Origin: a virus
Lineage: Duplodnaviria > Caudoviricetes
Strand: one strand, 5' to 3'
DNA length: 57,810 nucleotides
IMG/VR virus record: IMGVR_UViG_3300007735_000761
Coordinates: 1-57,810 of that record
The position numbers and the translations under genes are program-made. The notes beneath the pieces are model-generated. The model worked only from the letters and a program-made list of their open reading frames with translations, made no database searches and was not told where the DNA came from. Of the stretch, positions 8,711 to 18,272 are shown piece after piece. The first letter of the stretch is position 1. Each line of letters opens with the position of its first letter.

Positions 8711-9780
8711 TGAGCGCAGTTGACTTTCTGTTTGAGGGCAGCGCCCCAACACCCGGAACCACGGCCAGCACTTCTCAGGTGCAGTTGCCCGAGTGGTATA
8801 CCCAGTACACGACCGACATGCTGGGCCGTGCTCAGGCAGCGGCTAACCTTCCGTATGCGCAGTACACCGGGCCGCGTATCGCCGGGTTCACCCCGACCGA
8901 GCAGGCTGGCTTTGAGGCCACCAAGCAGGCTGCAACCGCTTATCAGCCGTTTTTAGGGCAGGCGGGAACGACCCTTGGACAAGCAGGCGGGGTGAGTGCA
9001 CTCGGGGTTGCGCAGCCTTTCTTATCTGCTGCCAGCCAGACATTCCCCGGAGCCGTTGGGGCATACATGAGCCCCTACACCCAAAACGTGGTCAATCAGA
9101 TCGCGCAGCAGGGGGTCCGGCAGTTGCAGGAAAAGTATCTCCCGGCGGTGGGCGAAGAGTTTATCAAGGCTGGCCAGTTTGGCCCCGGCCCCGGTTCGAC
9201 CCGCATGGGCGAGTTTGGTGCGCGGGCGCTGCGTGACGTTCAAGAGGCGGTGCTCGCAGAACAGGCCAAGGCTCTTGAGTCGGGCTACAAAACGGCTGCG
9301 GATATCTACGGCACCGATGTGGGCCGGATGGCAACGCTTGCAGGCACGGCGGGTCAGTTGGGGCTTGGCGAAGCCAAAACGCTTCAGGATCTTGCGTCTC
9401 GTTATGGCGAGATGGCGGGCGAAGCTCAGCGTTTGGGCTTGACCGGTGCCGGTGCGATTGGCGGCGTAGGCGAGAAAGAACGCGCTATGCAGCAGGCCAA
9501 TCTTGAGCTGGCGTACAAGGACTTCTTGCGTCAGGAAGCGTATCCGAAAGAGCAGATCAAGTTCTTGAGCGATGTACTTCAAGGGGTTCGTCTGCCGGAA
9601 ACAAAGATTGAACAGACCACAACTACGCCCGCGCAGCCGGGAGGTCCTTCGGCAATTGAGAAGGCTATTACTGGCGCGACTGGGGTTGCCAACATTATTG
9701 ATCTTATTAAGAAGTACCTCCCTAGTGGGTCAAGCGGGGCTGGCAGCGTCGGTACGTCATCAACGACAGACGTTCTTTAA
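8710..9780 (+). CDS. Internal virion/ejection (pilot-like) protein
   Basis: Q/A/G-rich helical protein; PYAQYTGPRIAGF and YMSPYTQNVV motifs typical of this class. Confidence 0.65.
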   Translation: MSAVDFLFEGSAPTPGTTASTSQVQLPEWYTQYTTDMLGRAQAAANLPYAQYTGPRIAGFTPTEQAGFEATKQAATAYQPFLGQAGTTLGQAGGVSALGVAQPFLSAASQTFPGAVGAYMSPYTQNVVNQIAQQGVRQLQEKYLPAVGEEFIKAGQFGPGPGSTRMGEFGARALRDVQEAVLAEQAKALESGYKTAADIYGTDVGRMATLAGTAGQLGLGEAKTLQDLASRYGEMAGEAQRLGLTGAGAIGGVGEKERAMQQANLELAYKDFLRQEAYPKEQIKFLSDVLQGVRLPETKIEQTTTTPAQPGGPSAIEKAITGATGVANIIDLIKKYLPSGSSGAGSVGTSSTTDVL

Positions 9781-9812
9781 CAAGCTCAGAAAAGTTTTCG
9801 GAGATTTGAACC

Positions 9813-11162
9813 ATGGATGACGAAAATCAAGAGCTTGGTCTTTTTGGTCTGAGTTCATTAGGCGCTGAAGACGAAGAAGGCGAAGAGACCGCCAGCATTA
9901 CGGCTGCGGCTGAGGGAGCGTTGCCCTATGCCGACAAACTTCGCTCGGAGTACGAAAAAACCATTGGCGAGTACCGTACCTCGACTGAAGATGTTTTGAG
10001 TCAGATTACAGCAGCGCGTAAGCGTCTTGAAATGCAGCCCACTAGCAAGACTCGTGGCGAATACGTGCGTGGCCTTGCTGAAAAGTTAACTGCTCCTAAA
10101 GAATCTACTGACCCGCGCTTTTACGAGCGGCGCAATCTTTATACTTTCCTGCGCGATGTGGGTCAGTACGGTGCCGAGCAGTCAGAAGCCGAAAAGCAAG
10201 CCAAACTTAAACGTCAAGAAGACTTGGCTAAGTTGGATGAGTTAAAGGCCAAGTACCGTCAGTCAAGTGCGCTGGGCTTGCTCAAGGAGTTGGAGCCTGC
10301 TTATCGGGCTGCGATGAAACCGGCTACCACTCGCGACTCAAGGACAACGGATCAAAAGAATGCCGATTCCATGAATATGAGTCTTCGTGACTATTACGAA
10401 TGGAAGAATAAACAGCAGAAAGAGGGTAAAGACCCAAATACCGCTCTTGATCAATTCATTCGCGCAAGAGGTATTCTTGCGGACCCGAAATCTTCCCCGG
10501 CTGATAGAGCCGCCGCTTTGGATTACATCCAAAAGAACACGCCTGCTGACATTCGTAAAGGCAAAATGGCTGAGGATAAAAATTCCAAGGGCTATCTTGA
10601 GAGAATTACCAATCAAGTTACCTTTACGATTCCTGACATTGATAGCGCCATCAAACAGGTTGATGAAGGTGGCATATTCGCGGCTGGTAATTTGTCGAAG
10701 TGGCTGGAAGGCAAACCATTTATTGGTCAGAAAGCGACAAACCTTGAGCGCACGTTGGAATCTATCCGCTCCAAGCTGGGCTTTGACAAACTTGAAGAGT
10801 TGAAGAAACTTTCTCCGTATGGAGCAAGCGGACTGGGCGCTGTGTCCAACGCGGAGCAAAGATTGTTGCAGTCTGTTAAAGGCTCTGTCGAAAGAGATCA
10901 AAGCCCTGAAAACCTGCGCGCTAATCTTGTTCGTATTAAGGACTTTTACGAAAACGAAGTCTTTAACATCTTGTCGCGTGAGACTGGCATTCAGGGAATT
11001 ACCGGCATAGAAGAAGCGATGAAGGAACTGGATGCAATTAGGGAGGGTACTGCTCCTTCTGCTGCTCCAGCCGGTGCCTCTGCTATGCCCACAATTGACC
11101 CTGATGCTATTCGTAAAGAGCGAGAGCGGCGCAATGCACTGCGCAAAGCAGGAGGCGGCTAA
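9813..11162 (+). CDS. Internal virion/ejection protein
   Basis: Helical; C-terminal GASGLGAVSNAEQRLLQS motif typical of P22 gp20-like DNA-transfer proteins. Confidence 0.65.
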   Translation: MDDENQELGLFGLSSLGAEDEEGEETASITAAAEGALPYADKLRSEYEKTIGEYRTSTEDVLSQITAARKRLEMQPTSKTRGEYVRGLAEKLTAPKESTDPRFYERRNLYTFLRDVGQYGAEQSEAEKQAKLKRQEDLAKLDELKAKYRQSSALGLLKELEPAYRAAMKPATTRDSRTTDQKNADSMNMSLRDYYEWKNKQQKEGKDPNTALDQFIRARGILADPKSSPADRAAALDYIQKNTPADIRKGKMAEDKNSKGYLERITNQVTFTIPDIDSAIKQVDEGGIFAAGNLSKWLEGKPFIGQKATNLERTLESIRSKLGFDKLEELKKLSPYGASGLGAVSNAEQRLLQSVKGSVERDQSPENLRANLVRIKDFYENEVFNILSRETGIQGITGIEEAMKELDAIREGTAPSAAPAGASAMPTIDPDAIRKERERRNALRKAGGG

Positions 11163-14100
11163 TGGCTATTGATCTGAGCAAGCTGTCAGACGAAGACCTT
11201 GATGCTCTTGAAAAAGGAGACCTGACGAGCCTTTCAGACGAAGCTTTAGACATGCTTGAAGGTAGAGAGCGCCCCGCTGCTGCTCCTACTCCCGCTCCTG
11301 CTGCGCCCTCTGCTCCAGTAGAGCCATTCCGTAAAGGACCGCAGGGGCCGCGTCGTTATCCCGGTCAGAATAAAGATCAGCGTAGGCTTCCCTTGCTTCC
11401 AAGGGATGTGCGCATTCCGACTGACGTTAGCCCTGCCCGTGGAGTAAGCGGTCTCTTGGGTATTCCCGGTGGCGCTGTTCGCATGGTTCGCAGTGTTGCC
11501 GAATTGGGCGGCGAAACTGAAACTTCTCGTGCGCTTAAAGAACTTGAGGCTTCTATTGCCGCTCGCGCCCCTGAAAAAGAAGTTTATGAATTTGGTCGGG
11601 TTGTTCCAGAGATTCTTCCCTTTGGCGTTACGGCAGGAGTTATTTCTAAACTACCTGTTGCAAGTCGACTTGGTATGAGTGCGCTTCAGACAGCCGGACA
11701 AGCAGGCACAGCGTATGCCATTACCCCAGAGAATCGCGAAGAAGCTGCGTTAATTACTGGTCTTCTTGGCGCTGCGGGTGAAGCCGCTCAACCGGTTTAT
11801 CAGTTGGGCAAGCGCGGAGTCACCAAGATTCGTCAGTTGCTTAGCACGACAGGCCCTGTAGGCGCTACGCCTGCTGAAGAGGCTGCAATTCGTATTGCCC
11901 GTGAAAAAGCTCCGGGCATGGAGGCTACTGAAGCAGAACTTGCTGCTGCGCGCGAATCTGAACGTCTTAAAAGAGAAGAAGCTGAACGGCTTAAAGCCAA
12001 GTATCTTCAGAACGAAGCAAATCGCGCTGCTCGGAAGGGCGAATTAGTCAAAGCCAAAACGACTGCTGAAGAAGCCAAAGCGCGTGTCGAGGCTGAAACC
12101 AGCGCAGCGGTTAAGGATGCCAAGGCAAAGCAAGACGCTATTGCCGATCAAATCCGCGACCGTGGCAAACAACTTACGGAAGAAGCAAAGGCTACGGATA
12201 AGGTGCTTGAAGAGACCAACATCCGAGAGGCTGCGGAAGATGCCAAGGGAACCCTTGAAGATCGCGCTTCAGGATTCAAAACGCTTTCTCAGAATTTAAA
12301 GCAAGAAGCCGACGCCGCGAAAGCCACTGCCGTTGAGCCCTTGCCGGTGCGGGATAAAAAATCTCGTGCGGTTGATTTCCGTCAGTTGATTTTGTCCAAA
12401 CGTGAGAACCTTAAAGAAGCTCGTGATAAGTCAATTGGTCGAGTAGTAGACCCCAAGACTGGTAAGACCGAGCCGTTGCCGTTCTTAAAGGCTGCTTTGG
12501 ATAAAGAGGATGCCGGTCAAACGATTAGTGCTGCCCCTGCATTTCGCAATCTTGTCAATTTTGTGCGTGACAGGGCTGAAAACATTAGCCGTTATGGTGA
12601 TGATGTTCTTTTGCCTCACGCAAAGTTTTTAAAAGAACTTGAGCCTATAAGGGAAACGATTGATGCAAGCGGCCAGAAAGTAAAAGAAGTTGTTCCCATA
12701 AAATTTGAAAAGTTGTGGGAATTGCGTCGTCGTATTGAGAAAGCTCGTACCGGAGAAACCGCTACGGGGTATGAAGTTCTTGAGAAAGAAAAGCGTGAAG
12801 ATTTGCTTAAAGAAATTGATAACGCTTTGGATGAGTTTGGCGTTGGCTACAAAGACTTCAATAAGAAGTATTCTGAAGCTTCGCGCCCGCTGGATGATTT
12901 TGAGTTTGGAATTGGCGAAAAGGCGACAGAGACTCGTAAGTTTAGTCGCAATACGTTTATTGAAACTCCTGAAGTTGTTTTGGATACGGCGCTTTCAAAG
13001 CCCAGTCGTTCTTCTGCGGAGCGGCTAAAGCCCTTGTTTGAAGACGCTGATCAAGACAAACTTGAAAACATCATCTTTGAGTCGTTAGTTGAAAAGGCAG
13101 GCAATACTGCCAAGGGCTACGATGATGTACTCAAGAAGTACGGAGAGTTTCTTGAGGTTTTCCCAAATGCCAAGAATGCTTTCCGGGCAGAAGCAGATCG
13201 CGTAAAGACCGCGTTTGGAGAAGCGGAGAAGACTGCTGCATTTAAAGAACGCTGGGCAAAGCGCATGGAAGATCGCGCCGATAAGGCAGAAAAAGCGGTC
13301 AAGTCCATTAGCGGAATGCAGGAGCGCGTCAAGACTTCAATGACCTCGCCTTTGAAGGAAGGGGCATTGGACGACATTGGTGCGTTTGTTAGAGCCAACC
13401 CAAGCATGCGCCCCAAGGTGGGAGCCGCTCTGCAAGACGTTTTAAATTCCATGGATGATCGGGTGCTCATCAGGGCGCTTGAGGTTCCTGAGCGTCAGGC
13501 CGCGTTTATGCGCGCTGGAATGGATCGCTCACAAATAGATGATGTTCTGGCCGGAGCGCGTCGTCGCTCAGATGAGCGTGTTGCCAAACTTGCTGAAGTG
13601 AAGGAAATGGGCCGCAGCTTCAGAGAGGCCAAGAAGGAAACTGAGGCCGCTAAGAGCGCAGCCGCCGAAAGCAAGAGGGCCGCTACCGAAGAGGTTAAAA
13701 AGGCTGGGGCTGAAATTGGAAAATTAAGCGCAGAAGGTCGCGCTGAAGAAATTGCCAAGAAACAGGCTCAGGCAGAGTTTCAGGCTGCTCGTGGTCTGCG
13801 CGTTAGCGCACAGCAAAAGCGTCAGGCTTTGAGTGAACTTACTCCCGACATGCGCGATGCCATCAATATCGAAGCCGAAAAGATTCCGCTTAACACAACC
13901 GAAGGGCTAGCTCGTGCTACGACTTTGGCAACTGTTTTAGGTGGAGTTGGCAGCGTTGTTGCAGGTTCTGTCTTGGGCGGAATGCTTACCGCTGGAGTTG
14001 CTGCGGCAGGAGCTACTGGACGAAGAATTTTAATTAAAAAGCAGCAAAAACAAATTGCTGATGAAATTAAAAATGTTGTTTCTGAAATCCTGAAAGACGA

Positions 14101-14965
14101 AACAGGTGGCGTAGTTTCTGCTATTGAGGGGAAAATCAATCGCGCCAATGACGTTGCCGCAGCCCAGCGGATTGCTAATAAAGCCCTCTCTCGTTTGGGC
14201 TACAAGCCGGGTGTCGGCGCGGTAACTTCAAGCGTAATTTACAACGCTTACGCTCAAGAGCCTTCGCCAGAGGTAGAAAAGACCGAACCTGTCGCGGAAG
14301 AAGCTCCGGCAAGCGAACCGGTTGCCGAAGAAGCGCCTGCAAAAGAACCCGTTGCAGAAGAGCCTGCTCCTGTAGCAGAAGCAAAGTCTTATACCTTTGA
14401 AAGTTTGACTCCTGATCAAGTCAAAAGAATGGGCGAGTATTTTGACAGTTTGGGCATGAACAAGGATTTCTTGCTCAACGCTCGTACCTTTAATGCTACT
14501 CCGTTTGAAAAGCGCAAAAGGCTTTTTGACTTGATGGAAACTCGTAATATGGCCGATGGTGGCAGCGTAGATGCTGAGCGTCAGCGTATTGAAGCTGAAA
14601 TAAGGAAAACCCCTTGGTTCAGCGAATTTGTTCGCCAATACGGCGAAGAACCAGATTTGTCTGAAAGGGCCAATTACGATTACATGACTGCTTGGAAGGC
14701 CGGTGTACGGCCACGAATCAACCCGAATGATAAGCGGTATCATTGGGACTCAAAAACGCCTGACGGCAGAATGCTTAAAAAGCCAGATCATCCGACGATT
14801 TGGAAGACGTATTTTATGGATGCAACTGGCATCGACCCGGACACCATTGGCATTAAGAATGAGCAGGAAGCTCAGGCTTACATCAATGCCCAGCGCGTCA
14901 AAAAAGCGCGTGGTGGGTACACCCCAGCAGAAGAGGTCTTGCTAAGACGCTACTCAAGCAGGTAG
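11162..14965 (+). CDS. Large internal virion/ejection protein
   Basis: 1267 aa with coiled coils; N-terminal DLSxLSDE repeats; hydrophobic Gly-rich segments; AxGG motifs. Confidence 0.7.
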   Translation: MAIDLSKLSDEDLDALEKGDLTSLSDEALDMLEGRERPAAAPTPAPAAPSAPVEPFRKGPQGPRRYPGQNKDQRRLPLLPRDVRIPTDVSPARGVSGLLGIPGGAVRMVRSVAELGGETETSRALKELEASIAARAPEKEVYEFGRVVPEILPFGVTAGVISKLPVASRLGMSALQTAGQAGTAYAITPENREEAALITGLLGAAGEAAQPVYQLGKRGVTKIRQLLSTTGPVGATPAEEAAIRIAREKAPGMEATEAELAAARESERLKREEAERLKAKYLQNEANRAARKGELVKAKTTAEEAKARVEAETSAAVKDAKAKQDAIADQIRDRGKQLTEEAKATDKVLEETNIREAAEDAKGTLEDRASGFKTLSQNLKQEADAAKATAVEPLPVRDKKSRAVDFRQLILSKRENLKEARDKSIGRVVDPKTGKTEPLPFLKAALDKEDAGQTISAAPAFRNLVNFVRDRAENISRYGDDVLLPHAKFLKELEPIRETIDASGQKVKEVVPIKFEKLWELRRRIEKARTGETATGYEVLEKEKREDLLKEIDNALDEFGVGYKDFNKKYSEASRPLDDFEFGIGEKATETRKFSRNTFIETPEVVLDTALSKPSRSSAERLKPLFEDADQDKLENIIFESLVEKAGNTAKGYDDVLKKYGEFLEVFPNAKNAFRAEADRVKTAFGEAEKTAAFKERWAKRMEDRADKAEKAVKSISGMQERVKTSMTSPLKEGALDDIGAFVRANPSMRPKVGAALQDVLNSMDDRVLIRALEVPERQAAFMRAGMDRSQIDDVLAGARRRSDERVAKLAEVKEMGRSFREAKKETEAAKSAAAESKRAATEEVKKAGAEIGKLSAEGRAEEIAKKQAQAEFQAARGLRVSAQQKRQALSELTPDMRDAINIEAEKIPLNTTEGLARATTLATVLGGVGSVVAGSVLGGMLTAGVAAAGATGRRILIKKQQKQIADEIKNVVSEILKDETGGVVSAIEGKINRANDVAAAQRIANKALSRLGYKPGVGAVTSSVIYNAYAQEPSPEVEKTEPVAEEAPASEPVAEEAPAKEPVAEEPAPVAEAKSYTFESLTPDQVKRMGEYFDSLGMNKDFLLNARTFNATPFEKRKRLFDLMETRNMADGGSVDAERQRIEAEIRKTPWFSEFVRQYGEEPDLSERANYDYMTAWKAGVRPRINPNDKRYHWDSKTPDGRMLKKPDHPTIWKTYFMDATGIDPDTIGIKNEQEAQAYINAQRVKKARGGYTPAEEVLLRRYSSR
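14285..14381 (+). repeat. 30-nt in-frame tandem repeat (EPVAEE(A)PA x3 plus a partial copy)
   Basis: gaacc(t/g/c)gt(c/t)gcNgaaga units encoding a flexible linker. Confidence 0.8.
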
Positions 14966-14975
14966 AGTCAACCCT

Positions 14976-15206
14976 ATGAATAAGAAGGACAAGTACACGC
15001 CGGTCCAGATTGAGGACGGGAAGTGGTACAGGGTCCGGGGTTATACGCACACGGAATGCTGCGACTGCGCTTTGGTACACAAGGAAGAGTACCGATTAAA
15101 CGACGGCCATTTGGAGTGGAGGGCTACCCGTGATGATCGGGCCACTCGGAAGCGCCGCAAAGAACTGGGGATAAAGGTGCAAAGTGCCTCAAATACTGAC
15201 GGATGA
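14976..15206 (+). CDS. Small putative metal-binding protein (CCDCxLxH)
   Basis: ECCDCALVH motif; overlaps the phosphoesterase start. Confidence 0.6.
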   Translation: MNKKDKYTPVQIEDGKWYRVRGYTHTECCDCALVHKEEYRLNDGHLEWRATRDDRATRKRRKELGIKVQSASNTDG

Positions 15207-16191
15207 AGAATTCAAGTTTGTATGGGAATCTTGTAGGGGAGACGCCAAAAAGGTAGCAGAGCGATCAGGGATTACTCTCAGACAGGTTTACAACCGGCGG
15301 CGATACCTTGAGGGCAAGTATTCGATTAGCTTGAAGGCTAAGACTAGACCTGCTGGCAATTACGACAACAGCGAAAAAATAAAAACAGCAGAGCGTTTGG
15401 ATAGGCTGGCTGAAACACGACAAAATCGTTATGAAAAAGAAATGGGCATCAACGTCAAGAACGGCGTGGTGCTTGTGGGCTCAGATGCACACTACTGGCC
15501 CTTGATCGTCTCCAAGGCGCACGAAGCCTTTTGCAAGTTAGCCAAGGAGCTTAGTCCATCTATTGTCGTTCTGAATGGCGACATCTTGGACGGCGCTCGG
15601 ATCAGCCGTCACCCGCGAAACCTATGGGAAAAGCAGCCGTCGCTCAAAGACGAACTCGCTGCCGTTCAGGACCGTTGTGCTGAGATTGAGCGTGCTGCGC
15701 CTAAAGCTGCGTTGATACGAACGATTGGTAACCACGACGCCCGTTTTGAGCGGTATCTGTGCGAGAACGCGCCAGAGCTTGAAGAGATGAGCGGGTCTAC
15801 TTTGCTTGACTATCTTCCACGCTGGCGGGCTGGATGGACCGTTCACATCAATGCGCAGACAGAGGGGTGGACTGTTATACGGCATCGGCCTGTATCGGGG
15901 GGCATTCATTCAGCCTATAACAGCGTATTGAGGTCCGGCGTGAACTACGTGCATGGTCACCTTCATAAGTTAGAGCACAAGCCGTGGGGCGATTACCGTG
16001 GCCGTCACTGGGGCATTGATTGCGGAACGCTGGCTGATCCCAAAGGGCCCCAGTTCAACTACACCGAAGCAGGGCCGCTCAACTGGGGCAGCGGGTTTTA
16101 CGTGCTGACTTACAGAGACGGGCTAATGCTGCCGCCGGAGCCGTGCATTATTGAGCACGAGCGGGCGTGGTTCCGGGGCAAAGAAGTCTAG
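15184..16191 (+). CDS. Calcineurin-like metallophosphoesterase with N-terminal HTH
   Basis: SDAH, NGD, GNHD and GHLH motifs. Confidence 0.85.
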   Translation: MPQILTDEEFKFVWESCRGDAKKVAERSGITLRQVYNRRRYLEGKYSISLKAKTRPAGNYDNSEKIKTAERLDRLAETRQNRYEKEMGINVKNGVVLVGSDAHYWPLIVSKAHEAFCKLAKELSPSIVVLNGDILDGARISRHPRNLWEKQPSLKDELAAVQDRCAEIERAAPKAALIRTIGNHDARFERYLCENAPELEEMSGSTLLDYLPRWRAGWTVHINAQTEGWTVIRHRPVSGGIHSAYNSVLRSGVNYVHGHLHKLEHKPWGDYRGRHWGIDCGTLADPKGPQFNYTEAGPLNWGSGFYVLTYRDGLMLPPEPCIIEHERAWFRGKEV

Positions 16192-16490
16192 GGGAACCGG
16201 ACCCCTTCAGTATCCACGCGCTGGTTCTGGAGTGAGTCTACGTAAGCCGTGACGATGGCTTCGATGAACTCGTCAAACTGATCTGGCCTAAACTCCAGAA
16301 AGTTATAAGTCCCGCTGGCTTCGATAAACATCCCGGCAGCGGCAGAGGCTTCGTTAAGGGCGATCTTTTCGTTGGGTGACTTGTCGATCATATAGTCATC
16401 CATGCACCGCATTGAACAGAACCGGGCTTTCGGACGCAGCACCCCCGCCGGAGGAAGGTACAGGAACCCCCGAGCTTCCCGCTTGCACAT
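16188..16490 (-). CDS. Conserved helicase-associated protein (DUF6511-like; start uncertain)
   Basis: CxxC..FCSMRC motif; overlaps the helicase 3' end. Confidence 0.55.
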   Translation of the reverse strand: MCKREARGFLYLPPAGVLRPKARFCSMRCMDDYMIDKSPNEKIALNEASAAAGMFIEASGTYNFLEFRPDQFDEFIEAIVTAYVDSLQNQRVDTEGVRFP

Positions 16491-18075
16491 CCTGCACAAA
16501 CCTAAACTCGACAATCTCTGTGTACTTACCATTCTTTCGGACTTTGATTTCAACAGGCTTCATCAGGTTTTCGGCTTTAGCGATAGCGTCTACGGTCGCA
16601 TTAGGGAGGATGCCGGGGCCGGTCATACGCCTACGCCACCACTTGAGCGCCTTGTCCTTGGGATAGCCCTTGTGGTCAAAGCAAACCCATTCCCGGTGAA
16701 CGTCCAGTCCGCAGCGGTATTCGACCCGCATGGAGTCCGGGCTACCGGCTTTCTTGTGTAGCCTATAAACCACCGCATTGACCTTGTGCCATGTCGCCGG
16801 AGCGTTGGCGCTCATTACAGGCAGCGTCGTTGCCGTCTGGTCGATAGCGGGCGGGGTCGCTGGCCACTTATAGCCACAGTCCGGGCATTCAGACGATCCC
16901 GCAAAGACGATGCTCTGGCACTTGGGGCAGGTTTTAGTCGGCGCTACGCCTTCTCCGTTCGATTTACGGGGCTTCTTGGGGTTGACCCGATCTACAGGCC
17001 CATGTCGGGCGATGTTGCCTGCAAAGTCCAATACGAGGCAGTCATCCTTCCCCGGATGGTTACGCATGCCCCGACCCATAATCTGTATATACAAGCCGGT
17101 TGATTGAGTGGGCCGCAGGATAGCCAGCAAATCCACCGCCGGGGCATTGAAGCCCGTGGTCAGTACGCCCATGGATGCCAGCGCACGAATCTTGCCTTGT
17201 TTGAACTCGCGCACAATGCGGTCGCGCTCAGCGGTTGGCGTGTCCCCGAAAATGGTTTCGCAGCTCACCCCGTAGCGCCGGACAATTTCTGACACGTTGG
17301 TGGCATGGCCGACGCCTGAGCAAAAGATCAGCCACGACTTACGGTCAGCCCCGTAGGCCATGATCTCCCGTACTACCGACTCGTTAACGTCCGCTCGGTT
17401 GACGGCTTTTTCCAGTTCGCCCGGAATGAACTCGCCGCCTCGGATACCCACTTGGGAGACATCCAAACGGGTCTTGGGCTGTTTTGATACCAAGCGCGTG
17501 AGGTAGTTCTGTTCAACCATGTCTTTGAGGTCAGCTTCATACGAAATCCCGTCAAACAGCGCCTCGTCGCCCGAGTGCAGCAAACCCGAGTCCAAGCGGT
17601 AGGGCGTAGCCGTCAGGCCAATCACCCGCACATGGGGGTTCATTATCTTCAAGTTGTTCAGAAATTTCTGATACATCGTGTTCGTCTTGCGCGGGATCAG
17701 ATGCGCTTCGTCCACGAGCACAAGGTCTACCTTCGTAAAGCCTGACGCTTTCTTGTAAACCGACTGTATCCCGCAGAATACGATGGACGGATCAAACTCG
17801 CGCTTCTTGAGTCCTGCCGAGTTGATGCCCGCAGCCGATTCGGGCCACAGGTTCTTCAGTTCATCGTAGTTCTGCTTAATCAGTTCGCGAACGTGCGTGA
17901 CAATCAGGATCTTGCTGTCCGGCCATTGCTGCAAAATCTGGCGGCAGAACTCTGCAATGACGATGCTCTTGCCGGTTCCCGTAGGCAGCACGATCAGGGG
18001 ATTGCCGTCGCTCTCGCCTAGATACCTCAACGTGGCATCAATGGCTTCGGATTGGTACGGTCTTAACGTAATCAC
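16396..18075 (-). CDS. SF2 DEAD/DEAH helicase with Zn ribbon
   Basis: LRPYQ, PTGTGKS, DEAH, TAT, QIMGRGMR, CxxC..CxxC. Confidence 0.95.
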   Translation of the reverse strand: MITLRPYQSEAIDATLRYLGESDGNPLIVLPTGTGKSIVIAEFCRQILQQWPDSKILIVTHVRELIKQNYDELKNLWPESAAGINSAGLKKREFDPSIVFCGIQSVYKKASGFTKVDLVLVDEAHLIPRKTNTMYQKFLNNLKIMNPHVRVIGLTATPYRLDSGLLHSGDEALFDGISYEADLKDMVEQNYLTRLVSKQPKTRLDVSQVGIRGGEFIPGELEKAVNRADVNESVVREIMAYGADRKSWLIFCSGVGHATNVSEIVRRYGVSCETIFGDTPTAERDRIVREFKQGKIRALASMGVLTTGFNAPAVDLLAILRPTQSTGLYIQIMGRGMRNHPGKDDCLVLDFAGNIARHGPVDRVNPKKPRKSNGEGVAPTKTCPKCQSIVFAGSSECPDCGYKWPATPPAIDQTATTLPVMSANAPATWHKVNAVVYRLHKKAGSPDSMRVEYRCGLDVHREWVCFDHKGYPKDKALKWWRRRMTGPGILPNATVDAIAKAENLMKPVEIKVRKNGKYTEIVEFRFVQDVQAGSSGVPVPSSGGGAASESPVLFNAVHG

Positions 18076-18272
18076 GAATTCAACTCCGGTTTAGGAAGCT
18101 GCGCCAAAATCTTCGTCACGATGTTCTTGACGAGCAGCAATTCGGGGACGTTCTCGGACATGATGAGTGAGTAGCCGTAGATGTCTAATCCTTTCAGGAT
18201 CAAGATCATTTCATCATCGGTCAGCGTGAACTCTGCGATCTGGTTATCGTCTACTTGGCTGTGTCTATCCAT
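18072..18272 (-). CDS. Hypothetical protein
   Basis: Coupled ORF between the nuclease and helicase. Confidence 0.55.
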   Translation of the reverse strand: MDRHSQVDDNQIAEFTLTDDEMILILKGLDIYGYSLIMSENVPELLLVKNIVTKILAQLPKPELNS

